Source: a virus. From it: 64,000 bases of DNA. The stretch lies in the IMG/VR virus record IMGVR_UViG_3300017527_000160, positions 35,916 through 99,915 of that record; one strand, given 5' to 3'. Position 1 is the stretch's first letter; each line of letters begins with the position of its first letter. Below the pieces are notes generated by a model. The model was not told the DNA's origin. It searched no databases and saw nothing but the letters and a program-made list of their open reading frames with translations. The translations under genes were made by a program, and so were the position numbers. Below are positions 46,160 to 55,112 of the stretch, one piece after another.

Positions 46160-46879
46160 TTACAACTCGAAATCTGGTGCACCTGTGATGTCACCAGCTG
46201 ACGGTAGGTCTGTACTGCCACCATCAGCATCAGTATCACCGAACTCGGCAACTTCTTTCTTCTGATACTTATCCCACATCTTCTCCTCATCGAAAGCGAT
46301 AAGTTTGCTGATCTTAGCGTCTACTGCCTCGAAAGCAACAGTACCTCTAGTCAACTTCGGTGTGAATAAATCATACCCGATGTATCCGTTCTTTCTCTCG
46401 AACTCTTTACCTGCAACAGTAAACTTCAACCACTTATCCTTGAAAGGAGCAGCTTCAGTGAAACCTTTAACGAAGTCTTCGATGGTGTCATACTTACCAT
46501 CAGCATCGTCAAACCATTGCATTGAATCAGTTGCTATACAAAGATTCTTAAGTTGCTTTAACAACTCCATATCTCTACTGATCTCGACACCACTCTTTGT
46601 AGTACCGTCTTTGTAATAGTATCGGTTAGTTTTAACCTCCCCTATTTGTCCGGCATAACGCCCTAAAGACTCATCGTCCTTATCTATGAAGAAACCTTCA
46701 AACCCGTCTACTGGTTTAGTTTCTACGTTCAGGATAAAATAATATCCGTTGTCAGCCTCCATAAATGGAAACCTTTTCAATTCCGCTGAGTTAATCTTCA
46801 ACGTGTGTTCTCCAGGTGCGATTGTTTTCGGCAATCCACCTCCGCCTGTCTTGACATCTTTTGTACTTAATCCGCTCAT
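46160..46879 (-). CDS. Putative single-stranded DNA-binding protein
   Basis: 239 aa, beta-rich, acidic tail ending APDFEL; follows a Sak4-like ATPase. Confidence 0.55.
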   Translation of the reverse strand: MSGLSTKDVKTGGGGLPKTIAPGEHTLKINSAELKRFPFMEADNGYYFILNVETKPVDGFEGFFIDKDDESLGRYAGQIGEVKTNRYYYKDGTTKSGVEISRDMELLKQLKNLCIATDSMQWFDDADGKYDTIEDFVKGFTEAAPFKDKWLKFTVAGKEFERKNGYIGYDLFTPKLTRGTVAFEAVDAKISKLIAFDEEKMWDKYQKKEVAEFGDTDADGGSTDLPSAGDITGAPDFEL

Positions 46880-46903
46880 AGCTTCTTCTTTCTTTTTTAT
46901 TTG

Positions 46904-47695
46904 TTAATCAATATAAATTTCATCCCAATGTGTTTCAAGGACACCTTCCTTTGTTAGTTCACTAACAACAATCTCTGCGTTACGCAAGTGGGCGGGTCTG
47001 GCACCACAAGCAACTGTATCAGAGGTTGCAAAACTAAGAATATTTTTGTTACCTTTTCTGTATAGGTAACCAATTGCATCTGATTGAGATGACAATATTC
47101 TCTTGATTTTTCCTGTCAGATCTAGGTCTGAAGAGGTAAACTCCCCGCCTGCTTTTTCTAACATGACATCTTTAATGTGTCCCACTAAGATCACTCTCGG
47201 TGCTAACGTTTTCACGTATTCTACAATCTTGGTCATCGCCTCTCTCAAGTACGAGTAACCCGCTCCATTCGGGAGATTCAATATGTTTCCATACTGTGCT
47301 TTACCACTAGTTCTATCCAGCTTCCCGTTAGAATCTTTCTTGAACCATGATTTTCCCATAGGTTTTCTGGAGTACAGTGTCTCTGCATACGGTACGCATA
47401 TATTCTCAAGAGCCGTTATGGTATCTATCACAATATATTTGTACGGTTTATCAGCAGCGATAATCTGCTTCCCTATCGCAAGTATATCTTCCACCGACTT
47501 GGCTTTCAATTTCATTGCGTCTACATAATCTGACCCATCCTCCAAGTCAATGATTAGCGCATCTTCTAATTCCGCTAGGAGTGAAGTTTTACCAACCTTC
47601 GGCTTACTGAAGATGATTAGATTGTTTGGGCTTTGTGAGGCAGCCTTGACCTTCTGCATTGGTAGCACTACGCCACCTGTGTTTTTTCCACTCAT
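46904..47695 (-). CDS. AAA_24 / Sak4-like ATPase (single-strand annealing recombinase family)
   Basis: SKPKVGKT, IIDLEDG, IVIDTIT, ILVGH, SDAIGY. Confidence 0.8.
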   Translation of the reverse strand: MSGKNTGGVVLPMQKVKAASQSPNNLIIFSKPKVGKTSLLAELEDALIIDLEDGSDYVDAMKLKAKSVEDILAIGKQIIAADKPYKYIVIDTITALENICVPYAETLYSRKPMGKSWFKKDSNGKLDRTSGKAQYGNILNLPNGAGYSYLREAMTKIVEYVKTLAPRVILVGHIKDVMLEKAGGEFTSSDLDLTGKIKRILSSQSDAIGYLYRKGNKNILSFATSDTVACGARPAHLRNAEIVVSELTKEGVLETHWDEIYID

Positions 47696-47699
47696 GTGT

Positions 47700-48335
47700 T
47701 TAAAAAGTTTTAGTGATAAGTTCGTTTAGCCACGCCTTCTTACTACAAGGTTTCTTCCAAGTAATAGCCGCATAATCTCGCATAGTCATAGAGGCATAAG
47801 GTAGATCAGAATCTGCTAAATCTAAAGGCTGGAATACGTCGTCGTCTGTTTGGACTTTACTTTTGACTTCTTCCTTTGTTTTGATTGGTGCTTCTGGTTC
47901 GACTTCTTTCTCTATAATTGGCTCAGACTTCTGTGGCTGAGGGCTGTGTAACTCTGTAACGTTTATCAATTCTTCAACATTCACGTAATAGAACCTGTTC
48001 CCATTTGCTGGGTGTGGCTCTGACAATTCATACTCTTCTGTATAGTGCGGATTGTATACCCATTTCCATAAGGTTCTCTTATGATCTGTAGGTATGAAAT
48101 TCGCAGTACAGAACTCTGTATAAATGTCGACTCCTCCATAAAGTTCTTGCGGTAAAAACTTTACCACTTTCTCTCCTTTATATTCCTCAACTACACGCGG
48201 GTTCCACTTTGGAATGTTAACGTTCTCCTTTATAAACAATGGTTTATGTTTCAATCCTAACGATTGTACCTTCTGACGCTTAGAGCCATCGGTAAACAGG
48301 ACATTCTTTGATAAGTCCTTTGTTCCTATTCCCAT
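47700..48335 (-). CDS. Hypothetical protein
   Basis: 211-aa ORF ending MTMRDYAAITWKKPCSKKAWLNELI. Confidence 0.75.
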   Translation of the reverse strand: MGIGTKDLSKNVLFTDGSKRQKVQSLGLKHKPLFIKENVNIPKWNPRVVEEYKGEKVVKFLPQELYGGVDIYTEFCTANFIPTDHKRTLWKWVYNPHYTEEYELSEPHPANGNRFYYVNVEELINVTELHSPQPQKSEPIIEKEVEPEAPIKTKEEVKSKVQTDDDVFQPLDLADSDLPYASMTMRDYAAITWKKPCSKKAWLNELITKTF

Positions 48336-48345
48336 GTTTTTAAGA

Positions 48346-49356
48346 TTAGTTTGTTGTTATTCGTTTTTGTTGTTGTCCAGGGGCGGGCATTTCCACTATC
48401 CGCATCTTCTCGAACTCTGCTTTAAAGAAGCTCATACGAGTGTCACCTGTCCTTGTCTTTAGAAAGTGAAAGACTAACACTGTGTCATCTGCTATAATCC
48501 ATCTATCAGGTCCATAGAAGTCAATGAATTTCATTGCGGGTCTATTGATTCCAATACATAAATCAGCATGTTGAAACAATGCATCTCCTCCAAGAATATC
48601 TGTTTCCAATATGTAGTTACCATACTTACCATTCTCGTTTCTCTCAGGTGTTTCTACACCTCTTCCTAACTGGGTAAGCACGATGAATGCTATTGGATAC
48701 TGACGTTTCTTTAAGGTCAACATTTCTCCAAGGTTGTACAGCATGTCTGTCTTGCTGTTCTCACCTTTTCCTTTCTTGATTAGGTATGAATGATCTAATG
48801 TGATCACGGTGTTAATGTACACCTTCTTACCATCTATAACTTGAGAGTGCCTTTCCATGTATGCATCAATGATCTTACCGAACACTTCTACACTTGGTGG
48901 CTTCTCTACTATGTCAACCGGATACTTGTCGATGTCACATGCTTTCTTTGAATGCGCATGTAACTTCTGAAAGTCTTCCTCGGTCAACTTCTCCTTATCG
49001 TAGGCAGAACATATGTACTTGTAGGACTTACCTAACACTGCACAATACTCTCTAACCTTCGAGGCTCTAGCGACCATCTCTAATTGAAATTCAAGCACTC
49101 GGATATCTTGTCCAATGTTGTGCTTGAATCCTTCTCTTATGATCTGATCTTTCACTAATGTTTTACCTGTTCCAGGTCTTCCACCTATAAGGGTCAGTGA
49201 GTTCCACTCGAAGCCGTTGACCCCTGCTTCATTCACTTTTGCCCACGGTGTTTTATAACTAGTAATCAGCCCTTGCTGTCTAGCATGTACATATTTTAAC
49301 GCTTGTTGATAGGCATCCTTTTGGCTGCTCCAATGATTACTAAAATCTATACTCAT
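48346..49356 (-). CDS. dnaB: DnaB-like replicative helicase (RecA-fold domain only)
   Basis: GGRPGTGKT, FQLEM, TLDH, LTQLGR, LFQHAD, KTRTG. Confidence 0.88.
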   Translation of the reverse strand: MSIDFSNHWSSQKDAYQQALKYVHARQQGLITSYKTPWAKVNEAGVNGFEWNSLTLIGGRPGTGKTLVKDQIIREGFKHNIGQDIRVLEFQLEMVARASKVREYCAVLGKSYKYICSAYDKEKLTEEDFQKLHAHSKKACDIDKYPVDIVEKPPSVEVFGKIIDAYMERHSQVIDGKKVYINTVITLDHSYLIKKGKGENSKTDMLYNLGEMLTLKKRQYPIAFIVLTQLGRGVETPERNENGKYGNYILETDILGGDALFQHADLCIGINRPAMKFIDFYGPDRWIIADDTVLVFHFLKTRTGDTRMSFFKAEFEKMRIVEMPAPGQQQKRITTN

Positions 49357-49565
49357 TCGGGATCTTTATCAGGGTCTTTTAGTCCTGTTCGTTCTTTGAT
49401 AAAGGTACTAAAAAGTTCTCCAATTCCGATACAAATTTCAATAATAATGAAGTGCCCTAGGCTTATTTCTACCACCAAGAAATTGATCAAGCTCCACACT
49501 ATGAAACTCAGCAGAACTGAGATTACAAACTTGTGGACACGCTTGGTATTCATCGATGTCTCCAT
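49353..49565 (-). CDS. Small membrane protein
   Basis: 70 aa with two hydrophobic segments. Confidence 0.6.
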   Translation of the reverse strand: METSMNTKRVHKFVISVLLSFIVWSLINFLVVEISLGHFIIIEICIGIGELFSTFIKERTGLKDPDKDPE

Positions 49566-49569
49566 ATAC

Positions 49570-50193
49570 TTATACTACTTTAGTTGCATGCCTTGTAGCC
49601 ATCACCTGATCTCCTCCCGTGTTTAAGTTCTCACAACGATCTGCTAAGTCGCTGAGTGAATTCTTACGAATAAAGTACTGTGAGGTACGCATGTATTTAT
49701 AATTGTTCTGCTGATACTCATTGACATACTGTGCAGTAGCTTTGAATATAGTTTTCCAATCATACTTATGATTTTCAAAAAACCACCTGAAGTTCTTCTC
49801 CAGGTTTCCATATGCGGCTCGTGCAGCCTTACCGGTTGGCAACTTGATGTTCGGAAACATCTCATTGTACTTGGTTATATTTGTCTTAGCATCTTCACCC
49901 ATGAGTTGACTCGAAGTCACACTCTTCTTTAGGACGAATAGCTTCTCTAAGGAATCAATAAGAGTCATTGCTTTTGGTGTAAGGGAATATGGAGCTCCTA
50001 TAGCGCTCTCTGCATTCTCCGTTATCCACTCTCGGGCTATTAACATTCTTAGTTCCTGATGTATGTTTACTTGTAATGGTGAGACAGAATCTCTCATACT
50101 ACATAATATATAGTATGAATTTGGTGATAAGTTAGCGGCAGTTACCGTATCAAATATCTCCATCTGTTTCAACATCTTCTTCTGTTTTGCCAT
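49570..50193 (-). CDS. Hypothetical protein, possible wHTH replication initiator or helicase loader
   Basis: 207 aa upstream of DnaB; wHTH-like N-terminus; function inferred from position only. Confidence 0.5.
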   Translation of the reverse strand: MAKQKKMLKQMEIFDTVTAANLSPNSYYILCSMRDSVSPLQVNIHQELRMLIAREWITENAESAIGAPYSLTPKAMTLIDSLEKLFVLKKSVTSSQLMGEDAKTNITKYNEMFPNIKLPTGKAARAAYGNLEKNFRWFFENHKYDWKTIFKATAQYVNEYQQNNYKYMRTSQYFIRKNSLSDLADRCENLNTGGDQVMATRHATKVV

Positions 50194-50530
50194 ATATCTT
50201 AAGTTCGTTATGATTTGGTTTATCTTCTAGTTGTCGTTCTCTTGGACCTAAAGTCTCCCATGTATATTCTGGTGAGCCTCCGTAATCCATCTCATCTACT
50301 GCAAACATTCTACTTTGGAGTAGCTTAGAGTAGTATCTGCTTTCATGACTTACCCTTGCTTTCTTGAAAAGGGTCTCTGTCTTAAGCTTCATGACTACAC
50401 TGTTAACAAGACTTATTTTAGCTGGGCATAAATCCCGGATATCTTCTTCAGAAAATCCGTATAAAAGCATCTCGTAGATAATTGAGCTCTTGCTCCTGAT
50501 GCCTCGCGCACGCATGGTATAAATGTTCAT
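50150..50530 (-). CDS. Hypothetical protein, possible HTH
   Basis: 126-aa ORF. Confidence 0.55.
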   Translation of the reverse strand: MNIYTMRARGIRSKSSIIYEMLLYGFSEEDIRDLCPAKISLVNSVVMKLKTETLFKKARVSHESRYYSKLLQSRMFAVDEMDYGGSPEYTWETLGPRERQLEDKPNHNELKIYGKTEEDVETDGDI

Positions 50531-50565
50531 AGGCTTCAGTTTTAAACGGTTAATAAAAAAAGTTC

Positions 50566-50573
50566 TATCTTTG
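50566..50573 (+). promoter_or_regulatory. Bacteroidota-type -7 promoter box for the inverted cassette
   Basis: TATCTTTG 26 nt upstream of ATG 50600. Confidence 0.5.
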
Positions 50574-50599
50574 GGGTCTAACCCGTAAAGTATAATATA

Positions 50600-50917
50600 A
50601 TGCCAAGAAAAGCAACACCCATCACAAAAAAACCCGCAGCTCCTAAGAAGAAGCCTGTGGTACCAGAGGACGTTAAGAAAAGTTTCTGGTCAATTTTTAG
50701 AGATTCTAACAGCTGGAATGAAAAGTCTATCGTAGGCTTCCTGGCATTCGCTGTTATGATATTGTTTGCGATCACTGACTTAATAACTGGTATCTTTGAT
50801 GTCCATTTAGCAATCAGTGATACAATTTACAACTCACTGATTATTGTTACACTTGGTGCCTTCGGTATCGATGGTATACAAGCATTTTCAGGAAAGCGTA
50901 AAGATGAGCAGTACTAA
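50600..50917 (+). CDS. Putative holin (two TM helices)
   Basis: Basic N-terminus, TM segments IVGFLAFAVMILFAI and LIIVTLGAFGI, charged tail. Confidence 0.55.
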   Translation: MPRKATPITKKPAAPKKKPVVPEDVKKSFWSIFRDSNSWNEKSIVGFLAFAVMILFAITDLITGIFDVHLAISDTIYNSLIIVTLGAFGIDGIQAFSGKRKDEQY

Positions 50918-51242
50918 GAATCTCATCATAATAGGTTTAGTCATACTCTGTACGGGTATGATCTGGATGAACATCAACAGAAGGGACATCATGTCTGGTA
51001 AAGACTATGATGCTCTTGTTGTTGAGTTAGAGGGTAAAATAGCTGAACAGGACGATATCATATTGCACCAAAGAATTTATAGTGACAGCGTCATTATGAT
51101 GAATAGGATCTTAGATATGCGATACGATAGTATAACCGTTGTTAAACAAAGAATCAAATACATACATGATGCAGAAATCACTACTCTTCCTACTTCCACT
51201 GATTTTCAGCTGGACAGTATCATCCGCTCAGCTTGGAAGTAA
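50904..51242 (+). CDS. Putative inner-membrane spanin-like protein
   Basis: N-terminal TM anchor (NLIIIGLVILCTGMIW) followed by a coiled coil; overlaps both neighbours. Confidence 0.45.
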   Translation: MSSTKNLIIIGLVILCTGMIWMNINRRDIMSGKDYDALVVELEGKIAEQDDIILHQRIYSDSVIMMNRILDMRYDSITVVKQRIKYIHDAEITTLPTSTDFQLDSIIRSAWK

Positions 51243-51594
51243 AGACTCATTGTCTCCAATCAGGTTTACCCGAGGTGAACTAGAGCAAATAGCAGCTACT
51301 GCTATATCACTAAAACACTGTGAGCATACCGTAAACACATTGGATCTACAACTACTAACGCGCAATGAGAAGATTTGCAACATGGAGTTACTACTTCTTT
51401 CACGAGATACTACAATAGCAGCTCAGGATTCCATTATCAGCACACACGAAGAGATCACATCCCTAAAGGACGAAGAGCTCGTAGTGGTAAAATCTGAGAA
51501 TGAAACACTGAATAAGAAGCTTAAGCGTACCAAGATGGCATGGGTAGGTTCTATTGCTGGTATTATTATATTGTGGGTGTTGACGGTGTTGTGA
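51166..51594 (+). CDS. Putative spanin-like envelope protein (signal peptide, coiled coil, C-terminal TM)
   Basis: MMQKSLLFLLPLIFSWTVSSAQ signal; C-terminal MAWVGSIAGIIILWVLTVL. Confidence 0.45.
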   Translation: MMQKSLLFLLPLIFSWTVSSAQLGSKDSLSPIRFTRGELEQIAATAISLKHCEHTVNTLDLQLLTRNEKICNMELLLLSRDTTIAAQDSIISTHEEITSLKDEELVVVKSENETLNKKLKRTKMAWVGSIAGIIILWVLTVL

Positions 51595-51595
51595 G

Positions 51596-51784
51596 CTATG
51601 ATGATAGTACGACAACCGAGACCTCTCTTTCATTGAGAATCATTCCGTCTACGTTGTTGTACACCCATGTAACCCCTACTCTTTTACCGTCACGTTTACA
51701 TATATAGTAACCTTGGTACCACGTTAGTGTACCATCAGTCGGTGGTGGGATTGCTTTCCCGTCTTGTGGATATTTTGGATTCAT
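51596..51784 (-). CDS. Hypothetical protein
   Basis: 62-aa ORF. Confidence 0.45.
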   Translation of the reverse strand: MNPKYPQDGKAIPPPTDGTLTWYQGYYICKRDGKRVGVTWVYNNVDGMILNEREVSVVVLSS

Positions 51785-51953
51785 GATTCTTTATAATTTT
51801 AGATACCTTCTTCTGTTTAATCCAACTCTTCCCGTCCTTATCTTTCGTTAGGAAATGAGTCTTACTGAGACCTAGCGTTAGCAGGTGAGACCACATGTAT
51901 GCAGTCCATCTCTCTAGCGGCATATCATCCGCCTCTTCTATCCTGTAATTCAT
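51735..51953 (-). CDS. Hypothetical protein
   Basis: 72-aa ORF with ATGA overlap to the upstream gene. Confidence 0.55.
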   Translation of the reverse strand: MNYRIEEADDMPLERWTAYMWSHLLTLGLSKTHFLTKDKDGKSWIKQKKVSKIIKNHESKISTRRESNPTTD

Positions 51954-52303
51954 AAGTCAAGTTCTTCATCTGGTATATCAAAGGCGATTGCTCCCGCTTT
52001 GAGAGCGCTACCTAAGTCTAGTATGTGTTCAAATTTTGCTGTGGCTGCCCACTCTGCAATGTTATGGAGTCTGTTCATTAGTATACGAAAGCTTTCTTCG
52101 TCACGCTTGTACATGTCAGTAAACTCTGCACCTAATAGTTTCTCCATTGTCTTCTCAATCTGCTTGTGTTGCTGCTTGAGTGTATGCTTATAAATCTTCG
52201 TATCCTGTAACTCATCCATGACCTCTAGCCATAGCTGTGTGGATACTAACCCCATGACCAACATTCGGTACTTGAGGTTATCAGTTGCTTTTGGTTCGCT
52301 CAT
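51950..52303 (-). CDS. Hypothetical protein
   Basis: 117-aa helical ORF, translationally coupled. Confidence 0.7.
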   Translation of the reverse strand: MSEPKATDNLKYRMLVMGLVSTQLWLEVMDELQDTKIYKHTLKQQHKQIEKTMEKLLGAEFTDMYKRDEESFRILMNRLHNIAEWAATAKFEHILDLGSALKAGAIAFDIPDEELDL

Positions 52304-52641
52304 ATGTCTACCAGTTCTACTTGTTCTTCAATTAGTTTCATCGGGTCGAAATCATTCAACTCCGTACACGCTTTGATCAACTCTATGAGAGCCTCCAAAT
52401 CTTCCTTGGTAAAACCGAATCGTTCAATCTTATAACCTTTATAAGCTATGTTCAAACTCTCGATGTTTACTTCCATCAGTGTCACGCCCATCATAGGTCT
52501 CGCTTGCTTATGCTCCATACCTTTTGGTGGAATCATATTGTACACATGCTTGATGGTGTATTTAGTACCTTCGTTGATCCAATGTGTCATTGGTACCTCA
52601 AAGGGTTTGTTCTTTGCATCAATGCAGATTGTTTTTACCAT
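52300..52641 (-). CDS. Hypothetical protein
   Basis: 113-aa ORF (VKTICIDAKNKP...WINEGTKYT). Confidence 0.7.
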   Translation of the reverse strand: MVKTICIDAKNKPFEVPMTHWINEGTKYTIKHVYNMIPPKGMEHKQARPMMGVTLMEVNIESLNIAYKGYKIERFGFTKEDLEALIELIKACTELNDFDPMKLIEEQVELVDI

Positions 52642-52662
52642 CTTATCTGTGTTTATTGTTTG

Positions 52663-52977
52663 TTAACCCTTTATTATTGCCTTTCCTAAATTTACAAAAT
52701 GGTTTTCCCACTTCTCAACTTCCTCTTTCAACCTTTCAATTTCCTTGTCTTTGTCTTTGTTTTGTTGGTCTGCGTATTTAACTAGACATTCGCCAACTGT
52801 TAAATTTGGGTTAGCTTCTAAAAATTCTATTACTTCCCATTTCTGTTTTTTGTTTTCTTCCTTTGTCATAGTCTTATTGTTTCTTTTTTTATAAGTTAAT
52901 CTTTTTCTTAAGATACTACATAAATTAATATACCCACTAATATGAAAGCCCCAATCGATATAATTAAGGCTTTCCAC
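52663..52977 (-). CDS. Hypothetical protein in an AT-rich patch (alternative start ATG 52869)
   Basis: ORF with a coiled-coil C-terminus; visibly lower GC than neighbours. Confidence 0.5.
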   Translation of the reverse strand: MESLNYIDWGFHISGYINLCSILRKRLTYKKRNNKTMTKEENKKQKWEVIEFLEANPNLTVGECLVKYADQQNKDKDKEIERLKEEVEKWENHFVNLGKAIIKG

Positions 52978-53001
52978 ATTAGTGCTTCGTTCTCATCAAA
53001 C

Positions 53002-53526
53002 TCATCTTGCGACATAAAACTCTCTATTAGATATTAGTATGTGAGGTGTCTTATGAGGGAAGTTCTTGTTGTGTTTAGTATCAACTAAGAAATCCATCCG
53101 CTTACTAAACCGTGCATTCATTGTGTCATGCACTATCCATACGCCTCTTATTCTTTTATCCGGGTGATGTATGTAGATAGAGTCTCCGTAGTTGTACGGT
53201 CCTCCCCATCTAGCAAGTAAATCACGAGACAATGCGATCCATCGGATCTCTTTCTTCTTTAACTTATCCAAGTCAATCAAACTATTATCTGCAGTTGTTA
53301 GTGGATCTGAATCGCACTGTGCTGCTACAGGATTGTATATTGTTCCTATAACTTCTGTGACCACCGGTCCCACTATCGTATCTCCTACGACAGTTATGTA
53401 TACAGGTAGTTCCTTATATACAGTCTTTACTTCAACTTCTGGTTCAGGCTCATGATGAGCCATAACTAAAGGTATACAGTTGATTAGTAAAACTATTACT
53501 ATTGCTAAAATAAATTCTCTTTTCAT
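53002..53526 (-). CDS. 3D-domain (MltA/lytic transglycosylase-like) cell-wall protein with N-terminal signal or anchor
   Basis: TIYNP...CDSDPLTTA, IALSRDLL, VHDTMN, RMDFL; hydrophobic N-terminus. Confidence 0.75.
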   Translation of the reverse strand: MKREFILAIVIVLLINCIPLVMAHHEPEPEVEVKTVYKELPVYITVVGDTIVGPVVTEVIGTIYNPVAAQCDSDPLTTADNSLIDLDKLKKKEIRWIALSRDLLARWGGPYNYGDSIYIHHPDKRIRGVWIVHDTMNARFSKRMDFLVDTKHNKNFPHKTPHILISNREFYVAR

Positions 53527-53531
53527 TTGCT

Positions 53532-55112
53532 TTATTTTAAGACGTACACCCTTTGACTTGCTCTAGTATAGGCGGTGTACTTAATCCTATTTCTCTCAAC
53601 AACCTTTCGGTTGGCATTCAGATCCTCTTCAATAAGAATAACATTCCTATAGGTAGAACCCTGAGACTTGTGTGCTGTGATGGCATAGTTATATACAACA
53701 TCATCAGACCACTTCAGCATGGCATAGTACATCTTCCAATATGCACCACTCTTTCTATTAGCAGCCAAGCTTTTCATTTCCTTCAGTGTTTCATTGAACT
53801 CTTTGAAAGAGTTGTCATGCAACACAAACAGGATCTCTCTTTGCTTCAGAGAATTTGTTACAACCAATCTATAATACTCCCCAGTGAATCTGATCGTTGG
53901 GCTACCATGTGTAGCCTCCTCGAATTTCCTAGTCACGACGCTTACTTCGTTGACTGTGAATTCATCTGATGTATTAGCCTTGATCTTATACATGAAATCA
54001 TTCTTCCAACCTTTCTCCCTGCTGAACAGGGCTTTGTTTGCAACCAGGTTATCACCTATGTTGAAACGTTTCTTCTGGTCTCCAAATATAACTTCTTTTA
54101 CCATGTTGTTGAGGTACGCTACAGTCTTATTCTTCCACGCAATGATCTTCACGAAGTCCGTGTCCTGATCATACTGTGGATCTCTGTATAGTTTCTCAAC
54201 AATCTTTCGTACCATGCCTCGGTTTGTCTTACCATCGATATGAATGATACCTGAGCCTTGTGCGTTCAACGTAGTAGTGATCTTGCCTATTGGTTCAGGC
54301 TTGATCAGGTTCTGTCTTAGTAACATGCTCGTATCAACGATAGCATTCGTACCTTTCTGACGCATGATTTCCGTGAGCTCAAGTCTCATAAGGTTGTACT
54401 CACACTTCTCCTGGAAGGGTGCACAATGCTCACTGTTAATTGGTGGTATTTGTGCAGGATCTCCCATGAATATAAGCTTGACCTTATCTTTGAATACCAT
54501 TAGCTTCTCGAACAAGTCATCGTTCAGCATAGAGACCTCATCTAAAATTAAGTACTTATACTTAGTAAGGTCTGTGTCTTTACCAGTGACAAAGGATTGT
54601 ACTCCAGTGTTACTTATAGACTCCTTCAACCCAAGCAACTTATGTATAGTACTATATACTATACGTTTCTTAGGTTCATTGTATTCCTCGAATACTGCTG
54701 ACTTATCTGCGAATGGTGTGTTCTTATTGAGTACATGTACTGCCTTGTTTGTAGGTGCGGTTATGGCAATCCTACGGCTTGGATAGGCGGTTGTAATGTA
54801 TTCGATTATTCTTTTGACTAAGAAAGTTTTGCCTGTGCCTGCGTAACCCTTTAAGATAACAGCATCAAAGCCGTCCGTCCTAAAGAAGTCAACACACTGT
54901 ATGAAAGCTTTCTTCTGTCCGTCATTGAGTCCATCAAGCAGTGCGTCACTGATCTTGAGTCTCATGATTTCCTTAGCAAGATATTCATTCTCCTCATCAG
55001 GAGACAGTAACATATCTTGTAAGGCTACTTTTTGGTTCTCACCAATCTGGTCTTTAAGTTCCAGTTCCCCGGCTCTTTTTACCCAGCCGTTTTTATAATA
55101 GTCTTCTACCAT
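53532..55112 (-). CDS. dda: SF1B (Dda/RecD-like) DNA helicase
   Basis: GYAGTGKT, TAPTNKA, STIHKLL, LDEVSM, GDPAQIPP, YAITAHKSQGSTY, YTAYTRA. Confidence 0.9.
   Translation of the reverse strand: MVEDYYKNGWVKRAGELELKDQIGENQKVALQDMLLSPDEENEYLAKEIMRLKISDALLDGLNDGQKKAFIQCVDFFRTDGFDAVILKGYAGTGKTFLVKRIIEYITTAYPSRRIAITAPTNKAVHVLNKNTPFADKSAVFEEYNEPKKRIVYSTIHKLLGLKESISNTGVQSFVTGKDTDLTKYKYLILDEVSMLNDDLFEKLMVFKDKVKLIFMGDPAQIPPINSEHCAPFQEKCEYNLMRLELTEIMRQKGTNAIVDTSMLLRQNLIKPEPIGKITTTLNAQGSGIIHIDGKTNRGMVRKIVEKLYRDPQYDQDTDFVKIIAWKNKTVAYLNNMVKEVIFGDQKKRFNIGDNLVANKALFSREKGWKNDFMYKIKANTSDEFTVNEVSVVTRKFEEATHGSPTIRFTGEYYRLVVTNSLKQREILFVLHDNSFKEFNETLKEMKSLAANRKSGAYWKMYYAMLKWSDDVVYNYAITAHKSQGSTYRNVILIEEDLNANRKVVERNRIKYTAYTRASQRVYVLK

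Noticed and set aside
48346-49356. DnaB lacking the N-terminal domain as a possible pseudogene
   Set aside because: All RecA-fold motifs are intact and short phage DnaB-like helicases are common.
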